Positions 12,794 to 24,821 of a stretch of DNA of 64,000 bases are shown piece by piece. Below the pieces are notes generated by a model. The model ran no database searches. It was not told the DNA's origin and was given only the letters and a program-made list of their open reading frames with translations. The stretch is taken from contig JALMLS010000589.1 in the NCBI GenBank assembly GCA_038496445.1, forward strand, positions 178,938 to 242,937, written 5' to 3'. The translations under genes were made by a program, and so were the position numbers. Within the stretch, counting starts at the first letter, position 1, and every line of letters begins with the position of its first letter. The stretch is from Trichosphaerium sp. ATCC 40318 (taxonomy: Eukaryota > Protista > Tubulinea).

Positions 12794-13684
12794 ATGGAAC
12801 CAGGAAAAATAATTATAGAGAGGCACTCCGTAGCCAAATTAGACCCTTTTGTGTTTCCTGAGCCGTTTAATTCTTCAAATCACCCCAAAGAGGATGGAGA
12901 CGAAGAAGCAGCTGCGTTGGACTACCAAACCGAGTTAAAAAAAACCAATTTGCCACAATGGGTTAAAAGGATGAATTACCCTGTGGCGTGGACATATACG
13001 CTTACGGATATAGAAGCAGAGCATTTAACACAAGCTGCAAAGACTGCTGGCTATTTGAGCCAAAGACGCTACGCACTCTTTGAAGATGAGCTGCAGGCTG
13101 TAGAAACGCGCTTAGAAAGCTCTTGGCAAAAGGGTGCTTGGTTTTGTCGCTTAGAAGGCGCGTCACCAAAAGACGGAGCTAAAAAAGCGCCTTATTCTTC
13201 CGCTTCTGACCTTGTTGACGCTCTTTCGACATCTCTACGTGCTGCAAAGGCTTTTAAAGCCGGTGATAGAACACTTTACTTTGTGGCATTTGATAAGACT
13301 TGGAAAGTCGATAGAGAAGTGAGATGCTTCGTGTATAAGAAGAAACTGACGGCTATTTCTCAATACAAGTGGTTTTCAAGAGGATTTTACGAAACGTTGT
13401 CTCAACCTCAACTACAACGTGTAGGGTCTGAAATACGAAGATATGTTGAAGATATAGTAGTAAAGAGGCTTTGTGAGGGAGAAAATCCAATTGGAACTGA
13501 TAATATGGTCGTAGATTTGTACGTTGAAGAAGTTTCTGAAAAAAGCGTTAAAATCAGATTTGTTGAATGTAATTCATTTGGTTATTGGCTTGCTTCTGGT
13601 TCTGCAATGTTTCATTGGACTACAGATAGAGAAAAACTATATAATACTAATGGTGATGTATACTTTCGTGTTCTAGTTGAATAA
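12794..13684 (+). CDS. CDC123-related (R2K clade) ATP-grasp protein, intronless
   Basis: WFCRLEGASPKDG, SLRA, EVRCFVYKKKLTAISQY, VECNSFG..SGSAMFHW..D..LY. It lacks the KLNWSAPKDA form of canonical CDC123. Confidence 0.8.
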   Translation: MEPGKIIIERHSVAKLDPFVFPEPFNSSNHPKEDGDEEAAALDYQTELKKTNLPQWVKRMNYPVAWTYTLTDIEAEHLTQAAKTAGYLSQRRYALFEDELQAVETRLESSWQKGAWFCRLEGASPKDGAKKAPYSSASDLVDALSTSLRAAKAFKAGDRTLYFVAFDKTWKVDREVRCFVYKKKLTAISQYKWFSRGFYETLSQPQLQRVGSEIRRYVEDIVVKRLCEGENPIGTDNMVVDLYVEEVSEKSVKIRFVECNSFGYWLASGSAMFHWTTDREKLYNTNGDVYFRVLVE

Positions 13685-14024
13685 TTTAAACGTTGATATT
13701 GGTTCTGGTTAACGTACCAGTTCTTCTAATAAAAACAAGTTCAGATTCTCAGAAAATTCCGTTTTATAATTACCATGTCGACAACAGCTTCCAATGATCT
13801 GATAGTTACTAGGCACATAACCTCACCGGTTGAAGATCACTTTCAAGTGTATAGTGGAGTATGATTATGGTACTAACATAGCACAAAGATGTTAAACATT
13901 TAGGAAGAAAAATACTCTCATTGGGAAATATCATGTGTATGCTCCTAAAGCGATTATAGCGGTTTGCTGTTACATGGAAAAGTGCTAATATCTTGCAATT
14001 ATACTGGTTATTGCATGTGTAACT

Positions 14025-14582
14025 TTATATAAATACATGAGTTCCTGTTAAAACCTTAGTCCCTTTTCGTGTTACATAACTATCGTTGGCAAAAATATAT
14101 TTTGCCCCCACAAGTGCTTTGATACCTTCATCTGTTACTGTAGTAAAATTGAGGTTAATGGTATGAACTCCCTTCAGTGCTTTGACACCTTCATCAGTTA
14201 CTGACGTGTTACTGAGATTAATAGTATGAACCCCAGCAAGTGCTTTGACACCTTCATCTGTTACTGAAGTTTGTGATAGGTTAATCGTTTGAACACCAGC
14301 AAATTGTGTGACAATGGTATCATCAAAATCTCCATCCAGACTGATTTTGGTGTGTTTCAGGATCCCAGCATGTTGTAGTACTGCTTTTGCTTGAGCTACT
14401 GTTTTAATCGTAATAGCGTGGTATCCAATAACGTCATGAACAATAGAAGCAAGAAAATTACATGTTTGACCAGCTGCAAATCGCGATTTGGTTAAATGGC
14501 GCAAGATGTACACTATTATCTCTGTAGGCAACTGCAGTAATCTAATACTGTCGACAATACAATACTTTGAGGAAGAAAGCAT
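14025..14582 (-). CDS. F-box + 3 x 21-aa LRR + C-cap, intronless
   Basis: MLSSSKYC..LLQLPTEIIVYILRH and AGVxTINLxxTxVTDEGxKAL x3. Same N-terminus as the genes at 31315 and 49945, and same C-cap as 31315. Confidence 0.88.
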   Translation of the reverse strand: MLSSSKYCIVDSIRLLQLPTEIIVYILRHLTKSRFAAGQTCNFLASIVHDVIGYHAITIKTVAQAKAVLQHAGILKHTKISLDGDFDDTIVTQFAGVQTINLSQTSVTDEGVKALAGVHTINLSNTSVTDEGVKALKGVHTINLNFTTVTDEGIKALVGAKYIFANDSYVTRKGTKVLTGTHVFI

Positions 14583-16279
14583 AATATGCTGTGCGATTAC
14601 AAGCCTGTATCTAACAGTAACAATATTTGAGACTATACCAGGTATTAGCTCCACTGTTGACTAAGTCATTTACTTTTGGATTTAGTAGATACTTTTTTTG
14701 AAGAGTTTGCTGAACATTACTTGTACCGACTAAAATGGAAAAGGACTAAGCATTAATTATTGAATTTTTCTGAAAACCAAAAGGATCTTATGTGAACAAA
14801 TTAATAGTGCTTTTATTGGATTACTATCATACTTTGTTAATCTTGAGTTGCCGTGTCTGATCTGAATATTTGAATATTCGTAGTATTGTTATTAGAACGT
14901 TGTGAATGCAAGTACATGCTCTCTCTCAATGGCTTTGAAATACGTTGGTGTTCGATTGGTAGGGTATTCATTGATTATTTAGTTACGTGACGTGTATTGT
15001 TCAAACATTTTAGTTGCATGCTCCTATGTATAGATACTATAGCTCTAGATGCAACGCTTATCATAGTTTATGTCACAAAACGGCACGCGCCAAAATAACG
15101 TCGTCGTCCCATACGCTTGAAAGACTTTAGCTGAGGTTCCACTAGCCATTGGGAATACGTGGTGGGTGTTTTTAAGCTCATTTAATAAAGGCTTGTCACA
15201 TGTGGTTGCATGAAGTACCTTTCTAAGTATTCCTAAGAAATTCTAGACGTTCATAATTTGCTCCTTTAGCAAAGTCTGATTACTCCTACAGGACTTTTTA
15301 ACATTGCCAGGTGGTAAATCCTACTGGGTATCCAGATCTTTATGACCAATAGAAACCATTAGTATTTAAGGCAAACGTTGTCTTTTTAATCGTCCACCGA
15401 TGCACATGTTTTGTTGTAGTCCATACATTTTTATTGGATTGGACTGACATTGCCAATACAATTAAGGGGCAATCAAGGAGGAATTATGCTCAGTGTTTGG
15501 TGACTCTAGGTTAACCTCCCGCGTGTAGAATTATTCTACATTGGAATATCATTTCGAAACCAGAAGAAGGAAAAAAAAAAAAGTTGGTGCAAAAGGCTGA
15601 AAAGGATTTTAGGATGCATTCAGCGTTTTAATTGGTCACAACTATACGATGCTCAATCTATCATGCGTTTTTGTATTGTCAGTGTTGCCTGGTCCGACGA
15701 CACAGGCTTGAAATGTGACTGCTAGTGAATGGGTAGTTTTGTATTCATTTACCGTCCACAATGCAAGGCTGGGTAGAGTATTTTGTTGAGTACAACATCT
15801 GTGGAGTTGACCTTAAATAACTCTCTTTCGATTAGCGCTAAGCTACTTTTCAAAAACAACTCCCGACCAGCACAAGCACATGTTTCTGAACCTACCATCA
15901 CACAAAGTACTCCATACGGATAGATCAATAGGCTAGCTTGCGTACTCAAGTGGAGTTGCCTGTACTCACAAGTCTCAAAAACTCTTAGCGCTAGCACAAC
16001 AATAGCGCTATTTCATGTTAACACAATGATGCACACAAGTTCCAATTGTGACAACTGCAGCACTTGAAAACCTAAACATTATATTCGCTGGCACCCCTAT
16101 TGTTTTTGACTAGGTAACCCTTTCGTGATACTATAATAGAGCTCTTTAAGAACTCGAATTTCCGCTTATCGGTATTAGGTTTGTGCTTCATGACTTAAGT
16201 AAGCCAGAATTCAATGAATGATATTAAGTAAAGTCGTATCAATCAAAAGTCCAAAACATTTATTTTTACTAGTAATCAA

Positions 16280-16753
16280 ATGGAACTGCTACGGTTAGGT
16301 GTACTGAATGAAATGCATATGCGTAGAAGAAAAAAAGCGGCAGAGCGTTTTGAGGTTTTTAAAGATAATCTCCCAGGAGCTATGCCAAACACCTGTACGT
16401 TATGGGATATGACGTCAAGAGTCAACAACAACAAAGTCGTACTTGAACTAGACCCCGAGTTTCCATCAATAATTATCAATCTATCTCTAAGTATGGTTGA
16501 AATTCCTTGTGGACAAGATATAGTATATGGATACATTCATTATTACTATGACAGTGGTATTTTACAAATATACGACTGTATTGGGTTACCATACTTTATG
16601 GATTTAACTATGGACTGTCAAAATCAATCTTCGCATATTCAATCAGATGTTTTAACCGTGATGAAAGCGCTTGGTGGCTTTCGAGTTTCAAAGCTTGCAG
16701 ATGGAACCAACAAAATTGTACCTACCGGAGCTTCATTGTGTACTATACTGTAG
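16280..16753 (+). CDS. Hypothetical intronless protein, 157 aa
   Basis: ATG-initiated ORF with globular composition, followed by AATAAA (~16808). No recognised motif. Confidence 0.5.
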   Translation: MELLRLGVLNEMHMRRRKKAAERFEVFKDNLPGAMPNTCTLWDMTSRVNNNKVVLELDPEFPSIIINLSLSMVEIPCGQDIVYGYIHYYYDSGILQIYDCIGLPYFMDLTMDCQNQSSHIQSDVLTVMKALGGFRVSKLADGTNKIVPTGASLCTIL

Positions 16754-17196
16754 TTTGAGGTTCCTTGGAGACAAAGAACGGTATAAACTCAATGCTTATA
16801 TGTAAAGAATAAAATGAATCTAAAAGTCAACTGCTCAAAATAAGCACTTCAAGATGGTTTAGTTATTGCACTCAATCATAAAACCTCCCCTGCAATTTTC
16901 TACCAGTCTCATAGTAATTAGACCACAGTACAGAAGCGGGCGTACTAGTACTGGTTCTGTGGAATATTCACAGGTGAAGTACTGATCTAGAACGCAGTAC
17001 TTAACAGAAATGTTAACAGTTCAAAAATATGATCGAAGTAGCTTGATCAATCTTGCGCGTTCAGCAAGGACTGTTTCTAACCTAGTGCACTCTATGTCAC
17101 ATGTAGTGTTTTTTATGTCCGGAAATTGCCGTAATTAACAAACTGTTGCTTAACTAACAGTGTGGAATTTAAAACGAACGAATAGCACTACCAATA

Positions 17197-17802
17197 ATGA
17201 CCACATTGCTAGATTTGCCTCTAGAACTGTTGTTACTAATTCTTGACAAAACAAACGCTTGTACGTTTCAATACAGCCCTTCAATCGGTTGTTCGTACTC
17301 ATTTATTTCAAGACACGGTATGTACAGCCTCAAGTGTAAGCAATGCGTTGAATTTCGCTTGTTCCGATGGTAAACTATGGCAATCACTTCACAAACGCTG
17401 GTTTTCTTGGGTAAGAGGCGAATATAGGAGCAGAAGTACGTTTTTAAGATAATTCGTTTTTTTTGTATTAAAACAGGCCGAAGAGCTTCGAAAACGCTTG
17501 GAACAGCAGAAAAAGGCGAATATAAATAGTTTTAGAAAACTAGAGTACAAAAGGTTGTACTTGAAGTTAAGTGTACCAAGACAAAGAGCGAGACGCTTAA
17601 TGAATATTTTTAGTGCGTGAGCAGCTTAATTTTTTTTTTTTTTTTTGGAACCTGAAATTTGTTGTTGCTTTTTATGGCACGTGATTAATGAATGTTTTTG
17701 TTAATTTTTTTGGTAGTATCACAAAGAAGAAAAGATGAAGATTTAAACACCACGAGTTGTGGACATGATGATGCAAAGTATGTCAAAGGCAAAGCAAGAT
17801 AG
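17197..17802 (+). CDS. Small F-box protein with basic C-terminus, about 4 exons
   Basis: MTTLLDLPLELLLLILDK, GTACGT intron, TVCTASSVSNALNFACSDGKLWQSLHKRWF, then AEELRKRLEQQ..YKRLYL. Confidence 0.7.
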
Positions 17803-18958
17803 AAGAAAGAAAAATCAGAGCCATAGTTTTTTTTGTTTCTTTGCTATCGTGGTTCAACGTTCAAATTATCTTTATCCTACCAAATGAAAACACAGTTTTT
17901 ATCAGCTTGAAAAAACACAAGGTATTTCTGTTGTCAGATAGAAACGTTATACAAAAACAAAAAAAGTGAAATTTCGCAAAGATTAGACATTTTGAACCAC
18001 AACTTTGTACTTCACTTGAATTTCATTTTCGATTGCTTATTACATTCGCATACATTGACATACTATTCTATTTCTAGAATACGGATTGGATCAGATAGGA
18101 TATCAGGTGTTATAAAGTTTGTATGTGAGGAATGTGGCTTTGGGTTTTCAACAAGTAATAAGGTCTGGCAAAGAGATATAAACGTTTTATGTAGAATGGC
18201 AGTAGAAAGAGATGCTAGATTGTCTCTATTAGTGTAAATATTAATCATTTGATGACTTGGGGAGGCACATGTTGCTTTATTTGTAACATGTTGATGATAT
18301 TAAAAGTGTTGAGGACAAGGTAACTGTTGACAATCAAAAAGACAAGTTGGAAAGACACTGTAATTTTGTAGCTACTGGTGTTTGTATTATAACAATGTCA
18401 ATTTTAATTAACAACACATGGCTTAGTTGTAGCGAACAAAGTCCCCTAGAGATTTCTCGTTGATTTGCCTCTGTCAAGTGCTGAGTTATACTGCAATCGG
18501 GCACTTGAGTCAAGCCATTCACAAGTCTACTTTAATGAGACTCACAAAGGTATCGATTTGCGATATTGAGTGCTACTTATTAAAATGGAACAAATCGTCA
18601 AGTTCTCGGCTTAACGGTCAGCTATTTATTTGTGATGGATGCGGCATTCTTTTGCAGAAACAACTCAATATTAGCAAAACAACGGGTAGTAGAAGAAAAG
18701 ACGAATACATCAGAAGGTGTTTGCAGTTTTTGGAGGGCTAAAGCTGTGCTAAAATAAATTCCCACAATAGAAAAGTCCAAGATAATATGTGCTAAGTACA
18801 CTGAGCATCTTAAACGCTGAAAAAAGGAATCACATACTACTGGCTTTGGACTACTTCACAAATTAAGTGATGCGAAGAAATCACGTGATTTAAGTCAATT
18901 GAGCTTGAGCGCTATTTACTTTCGACAAAAGTTGTGCAAACCCTCTTAAGTGCTCATT

Positions 18959-19939
18959 ATGGATACAATAAAAGTGTTGTCGCTGCCTCCTGAGTTGCTT
19001 TTGAAGATAATTGTGAGCAACGACATGAGGTGGCAAGATTTAGCATCGCTACAACAATCAAACCGCTTTCTGGACGAAATGATACGAAACAACTCAGATT
19101 ACATTTACAGGTGTTTGTACCATCAGAAATGGGGCAGCTGTGCCTATGAAATAGAAGAATTAGCTCATGAGGTCGTTGAAGATCGTTTAAAGGAATCTTC
19201 GACCAAAACAACGATGAAGTACTTTGTAACAAAAGAGAAGACAACTGAGATAATAACTAAAGAAAAGCCATCAACTTTATATAATCTGAATCCAATCACG
19301 TGGAAAGAGAAGTACCAAAATAAACTTGTTCCAAATATCATCGCAAACTTGAGTTGTAATAAGACACATGTCCATATAGGCGAGAAAATAACATTCATAC
19401 TTACACTTGAGAATATTGGTAAAAAGCAAGAGATGATATACATTAGAACTAGTTCAAATGGACTATGCAATGTAATTGAAGGAGGTGGTGCCATTTATAT
19501 TTGGAAGCCTCAAGTCAGATTTCCTACTGACATGTTCGACAATAAGAAGGTATCTAAACTACTGCCGATTGTTATCAAGTATGACAGTACTTTATTGAAT
19601 CCAGGGGACAAACAAGTGTATGAAGTACCTTTTCTATTTGATAGAACAAAGGAGAGTAACGACTTTATACACATTACAAAGCGAAGATTTAAAGGCTTGT
19701 ACTCTCTTGGCGGAAACAGTACAGATATACCAGATACTACAAATCAGAAGTCTGAAAGAAGCGATATGTTATCTTTGTCAGGAAAGCTCTACGAAGTTTT
19801 TGTTGCTAATGACAACACACCTGAAGTATTTCCTATTAAAGTGTTTGCTAAAATCGATACATTACCTCACGAGCGCCATGCAATACATTGTTCAGTGATT
19901 ATTAGCAACATAGTAGATGTTACTTTGTACCAGAAATAA
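18959..19939 (+). CDS. F-box + unknown beta-sandwich-like domain, intronless
   Basis: VLSLPPELLLKII..WQDLASLQQSNRFL..IYRCLYHQKW F-box. IGEKITFILTLENIG..LLNPGDKQVYEV resembles Ig-like strands. Confidence 0.75.
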   Translation: MDTIKVLSLPPELLLKIIVSNDMRWQDLASLQQSNRFLDEMIRNNSDYIYRCLYHQKWGSCAYEIEELAHEVVEDRLKESSTKTTMKYFVTKEKTTEIITKEKPSTLYNLNPITWKEKYQNKLVPNIIANLSCNKTHVHIGEKITFILTLENIGKKQEMIYIRTSSNGLCNVIEGGGAIYIWKPQVRFPTDMFDNKKVSKLLPIVIKYDSTLLNPGDKQVYEVPFLFDRTKESNDFIHITKRRFKGLYSLGGNSTDIPDTTNQKSERSDMLSLSGKLYEVFVANDNTPEVFPIKVFAKIDTLPHERHAIHCSVIISNIVDVTLYQK

Positions 19940-20369
19940 ATAACCCATATATTTCCGTTTATCATGATTTCTTTGTTAGATTCACACGTTCTTGTTTATC
20001 TATAATACCAGGTTGGAGGAGAGAATATATCTAGCTCAGCTTCGATCCCTTGGATCGCGTATTCAGAGACCTTTCCTTCCACTCATAGGATGACTAGCTT
20101 GCAAGGTTGTTAATGTTTGCATACTAAATGTTTTGAGGAAAGTAGATTCAGCAGATAGTGACTTTAAGCAGTGGTGTACACATCTATTGGGACTATTGCG
20201 TAGAGAAAAACGGAAAGTAGTTGGATTTAGATTAATACTAAGAGGTCTCCAGATAACTGGTATTGATGCTGATGGTGATGTTAATATGACAGGAGATACT
20301 ACTAAATAAATTTGTTACTATAGTAATAAAGTAACAAACATTGGTTTCCCTACTCCAGTATAATATTTG

Positions 20370-20500
20370 TCCCCTGTTAACTCTATACCTCTCCTTTACC
20401 ATGAGTGTATTTGTATTGCTTTAATAGAGTACCATCATGCCATGTTATGTGGTTACCATGTAGATTGCTTCTTCATTTGACCGTTGTAACGAACCCAATA
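20370..20500 (-). pseudogene. Relic of the 3' part of a MORN-variant gene, abutting a TIR element
   Basis: Reverse complement (CATGATGGTACTCTATTAAAGCAATACAAATACACTCATGGTAAAGGAGAGGTATAGAGTTA) aligns with 2459-2520. Confidence 0.55.
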
Positions 20501-20501
20501 C

Positions 20502-20848
20502 TAACGCCCTTCCGTTATGAATACAAGCAATATTTATTCATTGTCCCGTAAGCCATATTCATTATTATTCATTCATGAATATTCATGGGCGTTTGGTGAG
20601 TCAGGATGTTGAGGAGCTTTTGGTTTGTAGCACCTAGCGATGTTCCAAATGGATAGATTCAACAAGTTGCACTTGAAAACCGAATCGGAATAGTCAACAG
20701 AACACCAAAACCCACAAATCCAGTCAAAATCAGCCATCAAATTGCACAATTTTCGCCCATTTACTGTGTGCATGAATAATGAATGACTTTTTTTAGTCGT
20801 GAATATTTGTGAATGTAGGTTGTGTTTGAATATTCAAATTATTCATTC
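20502..20848. mobile_element. Non-autonomous TIR element, family A, right TIR truncated
   Basis: Begins TAACGCCCTTCCGTTATGAAT. The first ~180 nt and last ~80 nt match the ends of 30211-31066, while the interior differs. Confidence 0.8.
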
Positions 20849-21338
20849 TAGGTTAATCTGAACTGGAAACGTACAATTTCGGTCAAGTAAGTAAGTTCAG
20901 TAAAACACGTGACATTGTATGTCGTCTCTTTTCAACCCAACTCTCATACTACCTAATAGTAGAGTTCGCCAAAGGTTATACTATGAAAATGTTGCTGGAT
21001 TTAAGGATGGTTTACAACCTACTCTAGCTTCATTGAAGCAATATAGTCGCGCTCAAGCGCACAAGCTACAGGGTATGAGAATAAAGTTTAAAAAGAGAAA
21101 AGTTTGTCCCTACTTTTCGTGAAGTGAATCATCCTCGAAAGCAGTCATCATCTGATGCTCTTCAACAAAAGCGTTATCAATGTGAGAAGCCTCAATTTCG
21201 CTCAAACAGTAAGCAAATTGAAGAAGCTCAGTAAAGTTCTATATCGGTTCATTCATTTCATGCAATAGTGCTCTAGACATTTAAGCTTTGTAAGAAAGTG
21301 TGAGACGGCGCCTCCATTAGTGGTACTGAAGATCATTA

Positions 21339-22064
21339 TTAGAAGATATCCAATCCCATGTGTAATATGTAATTAGGGGAAGTAGAGAATGAGCAAATTA
21401 CTAGGAATATTGTAGGACAAAGAATACTGGGTAAAAACAAAGTGTAATATTTTATTGCTCTGGCTTGTTGCTTTTTTGTACAGTCATCTTTGGGTTTTAC
21501 TTGATCAAAGTCATCATCAAAAGTGAATCTACTGCAAAAACAACGTTGTCTGACACGATTTTTAGAACTAACCAAGTCTGCTAGTCTTGTGCATAGTGAA
21601 CATTCATTAACTTCAGATACTTGATCATCTTCATCGCTTGAAACAATTTCTGTACCTGAAAAAATAGTTCTAGTTATTCCTTTCAATACTACATGAGCAC
21701 CACCAAACTTCCATTGCGTCTTTTCTTTAAAAATCACGTGCCAACGTCCTATTGCATATCTGGAATAATCGACATCATCAATTTCCTCTGAACTTTCTTC
21801 TTGTCTCTTAAAAGTTCCGTCTTCATTGAGTAAAAGCAGTATATCACATGTACCATGCGCCCACTCATCGTTGCGCTCTATTTCAATGCCGACAACCGAT
21901 GAGATTTCTTCTAGAATCATTTTCATTCGTCTTTTTGAAGCGTTGTGAAAAAGCCTTGATGTCTTGCTTAAAGTAACGATTGTATCTTCAGAAGCTACTT
22001 CACAGATAATATATGCTATATCAAACCCAAGAGATGACAAAGAGATGTGTTGTGGAGTTGACAT
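21339..22064 (-). CDS. Divergent F-box-like + unknown domain, intronless, 241 aa
   Basis: SLSSLGFDIAYIICE..DTIVTLSKTSRLFHNAS fits a divergent F-box. LLLNEDGTF..YAIGRW suggests a beta-barrel. Confidence 0.6.
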   Translation of the reverse strand: MSTPQHISLSSLGFDIAYIICEVASEDTIVTLSKTSRLFHNASKRRMKMILEEISSVVGIEIERNDEWAHGTCDILLLLNEDGTFKRQEESSEEIDDVDYSRYAIGRWHVIFKEKTQWKFGGAHVVLKGITRTIFSGTEIVSSDEDDQVSEVNECSLCTRLADLVSSKNRVRQRCFCSRFTFDDDFDQVKPKDDCTKKQQARAIKYYTLFLPSILCPTIFLVICSFSTSPNYILHMGLDIF

Positions 22065-23276
22065 TTGTGTGGTTTTTTTTGAAAAAGACTTTTGTGTAAA
22101 AACTTAATCATTCATGGAATAGATTTCAGCAGTTCAGATTTCGCTAACATTCTGTGTCATTCTCAAAATATGCAAAGTCTGAATATTTTAAATGGTGAAT
22201 TGGCTTGAGACGTTACGTATTGATCAGAATAATGGTGTTGCTAATTTGGTCGTTGTTCATAACTGTGTATTTCGTTTGTCTTTTTGTACACTCCTTTGTC
22301 TACGCAAGCATTTGTAAATTACCCACCACTGAGCAAGGCAACAAACACTCCAAGGGGGGCAAGATAACAAACTACTTGATATAGAGGAGAAAGTTTTTAG
22401 CACCGAGGTACGAACTGACAAGTTAAATGTCTGACTGTCAACCCAATTGTTGCCAGGTAGATTGCAGTATACCTAGGCACTGTACATAGTACGTTCAAGT
22501 CATCTTAAGTAAAAGTGGATAGTAAAGAGTACAAGACAAAGGGTAGTGCTGAACACGGTATGAGTAGGCTCATACGCTGTTTGCTGGCATTATACTGATA
22601 AACCAATAGTTACCTTAAAATTGACTAGCGCTATTACCAGCGCCTACCCACGCTTACGGTAGCAGTCTCACAGATCAAAAGGTGATATGTGAACCTCTTA
22701 GATAACAATTCAACAATGTAGCGACGCCACCTAGAGCTTATTAAACGCCACTGAGTACCATGTATGTAATAACTACTTTTGGATTTTCAATCACGTGCAT
22801 TTGAGACGGAGGATCACTACCGCATTTTAACACGCTTGATTAGTCTTTAATCAAATTCAGCCAGATTGAGAGAAACTGGCCTCTTGTTGCAGCACGACAG
22901 AGCTTTGAAACAAGGTTAAGAGACCAGGAAGTAGTATTAGCAATACAAGTTAGTGGCGTAATAACACGTTTTATAGTATAGGAGACAACTGTTGGACCTT
23001 AGAGGTCATCAGAGACGTCAACAAAACTGCATAATGTAACAAATAAAGTGTATATAGTTAAAAACACGTGGTTGCAATAATATGTTGAAGTGGTTCGGTT
23101 GATACGTATTATCAATCCTGGTCATTTCTGACAGTTGGAGATGTTCAAGCTAAACCGTAGTTCCTATATTGGTTCATAATCACATCTTGTCACTGTGGTT
23201 GTAAAACAATTTGCCAATAGCTTAACACTTAAGCTCAAATTCACTGAAGCTATGTAACAAAAAACTTGTGGTCACA

Positions 23277-23888
23277 ATGTCTGCACCTGCTTACAAGAAA
23301 ATATTTCGTTCGCTAGCCACACCATCCGAAACCCCTATTGTATCGTTAAACGACTCTCTTCTTAATCATGACGCTTTTCAGCACATAATAAGCTTCTGCT
23401 CAATAGAGAGTATTCTAAGCCTCAGTTGTACCTCAAAAGAATTAAGACTATCATGTTTATGCGAAAACAGCTTTTGGAAGAGCCACTTTAAAAAATTTTA
23501 TGTCTGTGGAGAAGAAGCAGGCGCAGAACTACCGAAAAATTGCTTCTCAGAATACATGAGGATAATGAAAAAATTCAAAGGAAGTCACACCGAATACGGA
23601 GCAATACTCGACGATCACGATGATGATTATATCTCAGTTGACATTAACTTTGATGGAACAGCAGGATATGAGATGAGTGGTACAGCTCCAGGGAGAGGAG
23701 GAATAGGAACAACGACAAGCAGTGTTGATGGATATGGTAATGAAGTTACAATTATGATCATAGAAAATGATCCAAGTCTGTATGTTTATGATCATGATTC
23801 ATGTCTTAAATTGAAGATTACGGAATCATTGAATTTATCAGTAAAATCGGGGTTTCCTGATTCGATGTGGGACAATACGGAAATCTAA
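23277..23888 (+). CDS. F-box + unknown acidic beta-rich domain, intronless
   Basis: LLNHDAFQHIISFCSIESILSLSCTSKELRLSCLCENSFWKSHF is a typical F-box. AATAAA at ~23910. Confidence 0.75.
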   Translation: MSAPAYKKIFRSLATPSETPIVSLNDSLLNHDAFQHIISFCSIESILSLSCTSKELRLSCLCENSFWKSHFKKFYVCGEEAGAELPKNCFSEYMRIMKKFKGSHTEYGAILDDHDDDYISVDINFDGTAGYEMSGTAPGRGGIGTTTSSVDGYGNEVTIMIIENDPSLYVYDHDSCLKLKITESLNLSVKSGFPDSMWDNTEI

Positions 23889-24126
23889 ATGTGACGTTGG
23901 TGTTGTTTGAATAAACGACTTATTTTTTGTTACGTTCACTTGTTACCTAATGCGTACCAACTTGACTTGCAAATAAAGTGACAAGCTTCCTTGTTGTTCT
24001 GATATATGATTGGATTTGCTTGTTTGTCTGACTTTCACGTGCCTTATAAAAAGGTTTCATTGAACAAGCAGAAATAGAATATTCTTTTCAAAAAAAAAAG
24101 ACACTCACAGCGCATCAAGATCAAAG

Positions 24127-24704
24127 ATGGAAGGGGCAGGTGTTTTATTAGTTTACAATAATACTGTAGCTTTGGGTCATCGTAATAGTGCGTACGTTGG
24201 CAACGATAAACGAAAGAATGAGCTTGAATACCCTGGAGGCAAGGTGATGCGTTCAAAAGATGGTTTAGGCGCTGAAAGTCCAGCCGAAACGGCATCGAGA
24301 GAAGTAAATGAGGAGATTGGATTTAATCTTGATATAAAACGCTTACAAGATTCCCCAATGGTTTCTAGCATAAGGTGAGAGTATTTTTACGCAGTTTGGT
24401 CCTTTTTCGTACTGACAGCTACAAACAAAGTCCAAAGGATAACGGCAAAGGAGAACTGGTTGTTTTATTCATTTATACACTTACAGAAAACGAACACGAA
24501 GACTTGAAGAAGTGCAAGGTGTCATTACAAAAAAGACATGAAAAATCTGGAGCTGAACTCAAAGATATTGTTACAGTTGAAGTCAAACATCTTGTTGGTT
24601 ACATCAGAGATAATGTACCCTTACCTATGGGTCTACCAATACGTTCGTATAATCGAATATTACTTCGTAAGGCCATACAGTGTGGGTACCTTGGTACTGC
24701 ATAG
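24127..24704 (+). CDS. NUDIX hydrolase, two exons (intron from 24375)
   Basis: YPGGKVMRSKDGLGAESPAETASREVNEEIG is a Nudix box with an insertion. AGVLL strand upstream. Confidence 0.85.
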
Positions 24705-24821
24705 ATTAAAGCTGAATAAACTATTGTATCAATAATGTGTTGTAGTTTTAATTATTGTGATGTGTCACAGTACAGAAAACTCGTGTATTTTCGGCACTTT
24801 TGTTGTGCCATACAACGGTGT

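Noticed and set aside
14700-16270. Short ORFs in 14.7-16.2 kb (similarly 22.1-23.2, 37.7-38.5 and 45.5-46.4 kb)
   Set aside because: No recognisable motifs, paralogy or consistent splice structure, so they cannot be supported as genes.
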